NCBI GenBank assembly: GCA_963751275.1
Contig: CAVVTZ010000010.1
Location: 19,012 to 83,011 of the forward strand
Direction of reading: 5' to 3'
DNA length: 64,000 nt
Source of the DNA: an uncultured Gemmatimonadaceae bacterium
GTDB lineage: Bacteria; Gemmatimonadota; Gemmatimonadetes; Gemmatimonadales; Gemmatimonadaceae
The first letter of the stretch is position 1; every line of letters begins with the position of its first letter. Made by a program: the position numbers and the translations under genes. Positions 61,503 to 64,000 of this stretch are shown piece after piece. The notes beneath the pieces were generated by a model. That model had not been told where the DNA came from and made no database searches. It saw only the letters and a program-made list of their open reading frames with translations.

Positions 61503-61666
61503 CCGTGCGAAGCCTTTGGAGTGCGGCGCGGCCGCCGCTTTTCGCATACCGCAAAAGACTTCTAGCGATTAAATTGTGCACCACTAACGATAAACTATTA
61601 TCGACAATTCTTTTTAGCGGTATGCGAAAAGCGGCGGCCGCGCCGCACTCCAAAGGCTTCGCACGG
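61503..61666. repeat. REPIN/MITE-like element with perfect 50-bp inverted repeats
   Basis: 61503-61552 is the exact reverse complement of 61617-61666; AT-rich 64-nt core. Confidence 0.92.
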
Positions 61667-61751
61667 CCTGAAAGTTATTTTGGTAAGGGGAAACACGTTT
61701 CATTTTGGGCGTAGACCAGAAAAAGCCGAATTGATTAATTTGCTAATCAAC

Positions 61752-61805
61752 AGTCCTTTTAGTCCTTTTAGTCCTTTACGTCCTTTAGGTCCTTTATGTC
61801 CTTTG
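61752..61805. repeat. 9-nt tandem repeat (GTCCTTTNN) x6
   Basis: agtcctttt agtcctttt agtccttta cgtccttta ggtccttta tgtcctttg. Confidence 0.8.
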
Positions 61806-61818
61806 CGCACAGGTAATT

Positions 61819-62879
61819 ATGCAATTCACAATTTCAAAACACGACCCCCATTCCAAGGCCCGCTCGTGGCATAATCACAACCACGCATGGCAACATCCAC
61901 ACACCCGTCTTCATGCCTGTCGGCACCAGAGGCACGGTCAAAACCCTCACCCATCAGCAGCTAATGATATCGGCGCCGAGGCCATGGTCAATAATGCTTA
62001 CCATCTCATGCTGCGGCCTGGAATCGATATCATCCAACAAGCTGGAGGCTTGCATCGCTTCATCAACTGGTCCAAACCCATTTTGACAGAGTCGGGGGGG
62101 TTTCAAGTTTTTTCATTGTCGGTCTTGAACAAGGTTGCTGATGAAGGCGTATATTTTCAATCGCATATCGATGGCTCGAGGATTTTTTGGGACCGTTGGA
62201 AAGCATGCAAGTGCAAAAGATTCTGGGGGCTGACTTCGTGACATGCTTAGATCAGCGCACGCCATTTCCGGATGATCGCGGCTTTGGCGGAAGCGGCCAT
62301 GCTGCGTACGTTGCGTTGGGCGTCCATCTGCAGGACATTTCCTTTGCAGGCCCATCAAAGTCTGTTTTGTGTTATGCAAGGGGCATTTTTTCAGACTTGC
62401 GCAAGGAGTGCGCAGCAGCGCTAGTTGCAATGGATTTTCCGGCTATGCCTTTGGCAGGCTTTTCCAAAGAGTTCCTATTGAAACCATGTATAGCATCATC
62501 GATGAAGTCGAGCCTTTGCTTCCTGTTGAAAGACCCGTTACCTTAATGGAGAGTAGGCACGTCACGAAATATTGTCGAAGCTGTCAAACGCGGCATTGAT
62601 ATGTTTGACTGCGTCATGCCCACACGTGATGCGCGCAATGGCACCGCCTTCACCTGGTCGGGTAAAATTTTGATCGATGCCGGCAGGTATGCCAAAGACT
62701 TTCGCCCTTGGATTCTCAGACCACCATGCTACACTGCTCAGTTTTCAAAAGCTTATTTGCGTCATTTATTAAACGTCGATGAAATCACCGGATTAACATT
62801 AGTCTCGATACAAAACCTTGCCTTTTATCTTGATTTCATGCGCAAGTTAAGGCAAGCTATAGATAATGTAAACATTTAG
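61819..62879 (+). CDS. tgt: Queuine tRNA-ribosyltransferase; several frameshifts
   Basis: TPVFMPVGT, NAYHLMLRPG, SGGFQVFSL, DMFDCVMPTR and AYLRHL across frames. Confidence 0.88.
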
Positions 62880-62929
62880 TGAGTTTTATCAACAGATTTG
62901 TGAACTCTATCCTAACTAAAGGAATTAAA

Positions 62930-63351
62930 ATGAACAGATTGACTTATCTCCTCGGCAGCCTCTTTACGCTGCTATTCACCAGCGGGCTATACGCCGAAGG
63001 CGAACCAGCGCCCGCTCCGGGCGGTCAAGGCTTCACCCAAACGCTGGTCATGATCGGTATTGCCTTGATTTTCTTCTATTTCATTCTGTGGCGTCCAGAG
63101 CAGAAGCGTCGCAGAACGATGGAAGATCAACGCGGCAGCATGAAAAAGGGCGACCGTGTCACCGCCATGGGCATTATTGGCACGATGGTACGTGTAAAGA
63201 AACTACTGTCATCGTCAAAATGGTCGATGGATCAAAGATCGAATTCTTAAAGGCCGCCATCAGCGATGTCCAGCCCGGCACCGAAGAAGATGCCAAAAAA
63301 GCCGAGAAAGAGGACAAGACTGTCATTAAAGCCTCTTCCGACAGCGAGTAG
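62930..63351 (+). CDS. yajC: Preprotein translocase subunit YajC; frameshift near 63195
   Basis: FFYFILWRPEQKRR, KKGDRVTAMGIIG and KIEFLKAAI; follows tgt. Confidence 0.88.
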
Positions 63352-63354
63352 AGA

Positions 63355-63441
63355 AAAGGACTTCAAGGACGTAAAGGACCCAAAGGACCAAAAGGATTTT
63401 ACTTTAGGTCATTTATGTCCTTTTTGTCCTTTATGTCCTTG
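63355..63441. repeat. Inverted arrays of the 9-nt AAAGGAC/GTCCTTT unit
   Basis: About five AAAGGAC units followed by about four GTCCTTT units, able to form a hairpin. Confidence 0.75.
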
Positions 63442-63583
63442 TCTCCCCACTAATTTTTCTCACAAAGATCGGAAAGCGCCTATTGTAAATATTTTTTTAA
63501 TAATACTTGCTTTCTTTTTGTAATAAATGTTATAATTATTTTTATTATTAATAACATTTTAATATAAAACTGTGAGGTTAATT

Positions 63584-64000
63584 ATGGCAGCTCTAACTAA
63601 TTTAGGTTTTGGAGAGTCTTTTGTTCTTACGCCTGCATCTGCAGAAATTAGCAAGCATGCAGTTGGAATAGCATCAATTGAAGTGAGTGGGGTTAAGAAG
63701 CTTGCATCTCAGATAGAACAAACAGCCGAACCATGTTTATATAAAACAAGCTTTTTGGTCACTGGCCAAACTAAACAAACAAAGATCGAATTAACATATG
63801 TTATTACACCTAAAGAAGGAACCTCTTTAAACGATGAAATAATTGCAAAAGCACAGAGCTACATGGATCGTCGGCTTAATATTGCAGCTAGTGAGACAAT
63901 TATTCGATACCTCCCAGAAGTTTACGCAAAAGAAATGGAAAATGTAAGCGAGAACCTTGTCGAACATCTTACAAAACATATAACCAGAAGATCCTATTTA
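63584..64000 (+). CDS. Hypothetical protein, 3'-partial
   Basis: GAGG RBS, ATG and an open frame to the window end (MAALTNLGFGESF...); preceded by an AT-rich region. Confidence 0.6.
   Translation, partial: MAALTNLGFGESFVLTPASAEISKHAVGIASIEVSGVKKLASQIEQTAEPCLYKTSFLVTGQTKQTKIELTYVITPKEGTSLNDEIIAKAQSYMDRRLNIAASETIIRYLPEVYAKEMENVSENLVEHLTKHITRRSYL

Noticed and set aside
62075..62110. Tgt catalytic DSGG changed to ESGG
   Set aside because: It lies next to a G homopolymer in a very error-rich segment, so it cannot be trusted
946..63351. About 20 frameshifts in conserved genes (prs, rplY, ychF, aroF, prmC, prfA, lepB, tgt and others) read as pseudogenes or programmed frameshifting
   Set aside because: They hit essential genes at scattered positions, with no shared slippery motif and intact sequence on both sides, which is typical of long-read indel error

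Overview
Bases 1 to about 60,281 are very GC-rich core chromosome. Gene content and order resemble Gemmatimonadota (my inference, not a database result). This part holds ispE-tRNA-Gln-prs-rplY-pth-ychF, rpsF-rpsR-rplI-rsfS, an envelope/division block (zincin-propeller-Omp85, two SPOR proteins, smc, lolA) and rpmE-prfA-prmC-tmk-ctpA. It also holds a six-gene CsgG-like/beta-barrel/Crp/MBL/HD-GYP signalling operon, oxoprolinase genes, lnt, rimO, yajQ, a sigma70 factor, lepB, an NtrC-family regulator, larE and a 4-hydroxyproline catabolic cluster. Several intergenic gaps contain long palindromic elements; most are built from 7- or 21-nt units and some recur elsewhere in the window. At about 60,282 the sequence switches, mid-gene on both sides, to much lower-GC, Chlamydiae-like DNA (rlmD-tgt-yajC); this is most likely a chimeric read or assembly join. 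Many conserved genes carry single-base frameshifts typical of uncorrected long reads. The best candidates for new biology are the CsgG/Crp/phosphodiesterase operon, the P-loop-less MinD-like SPOR protein next to smc, and the 21-nt-period palindrome families.
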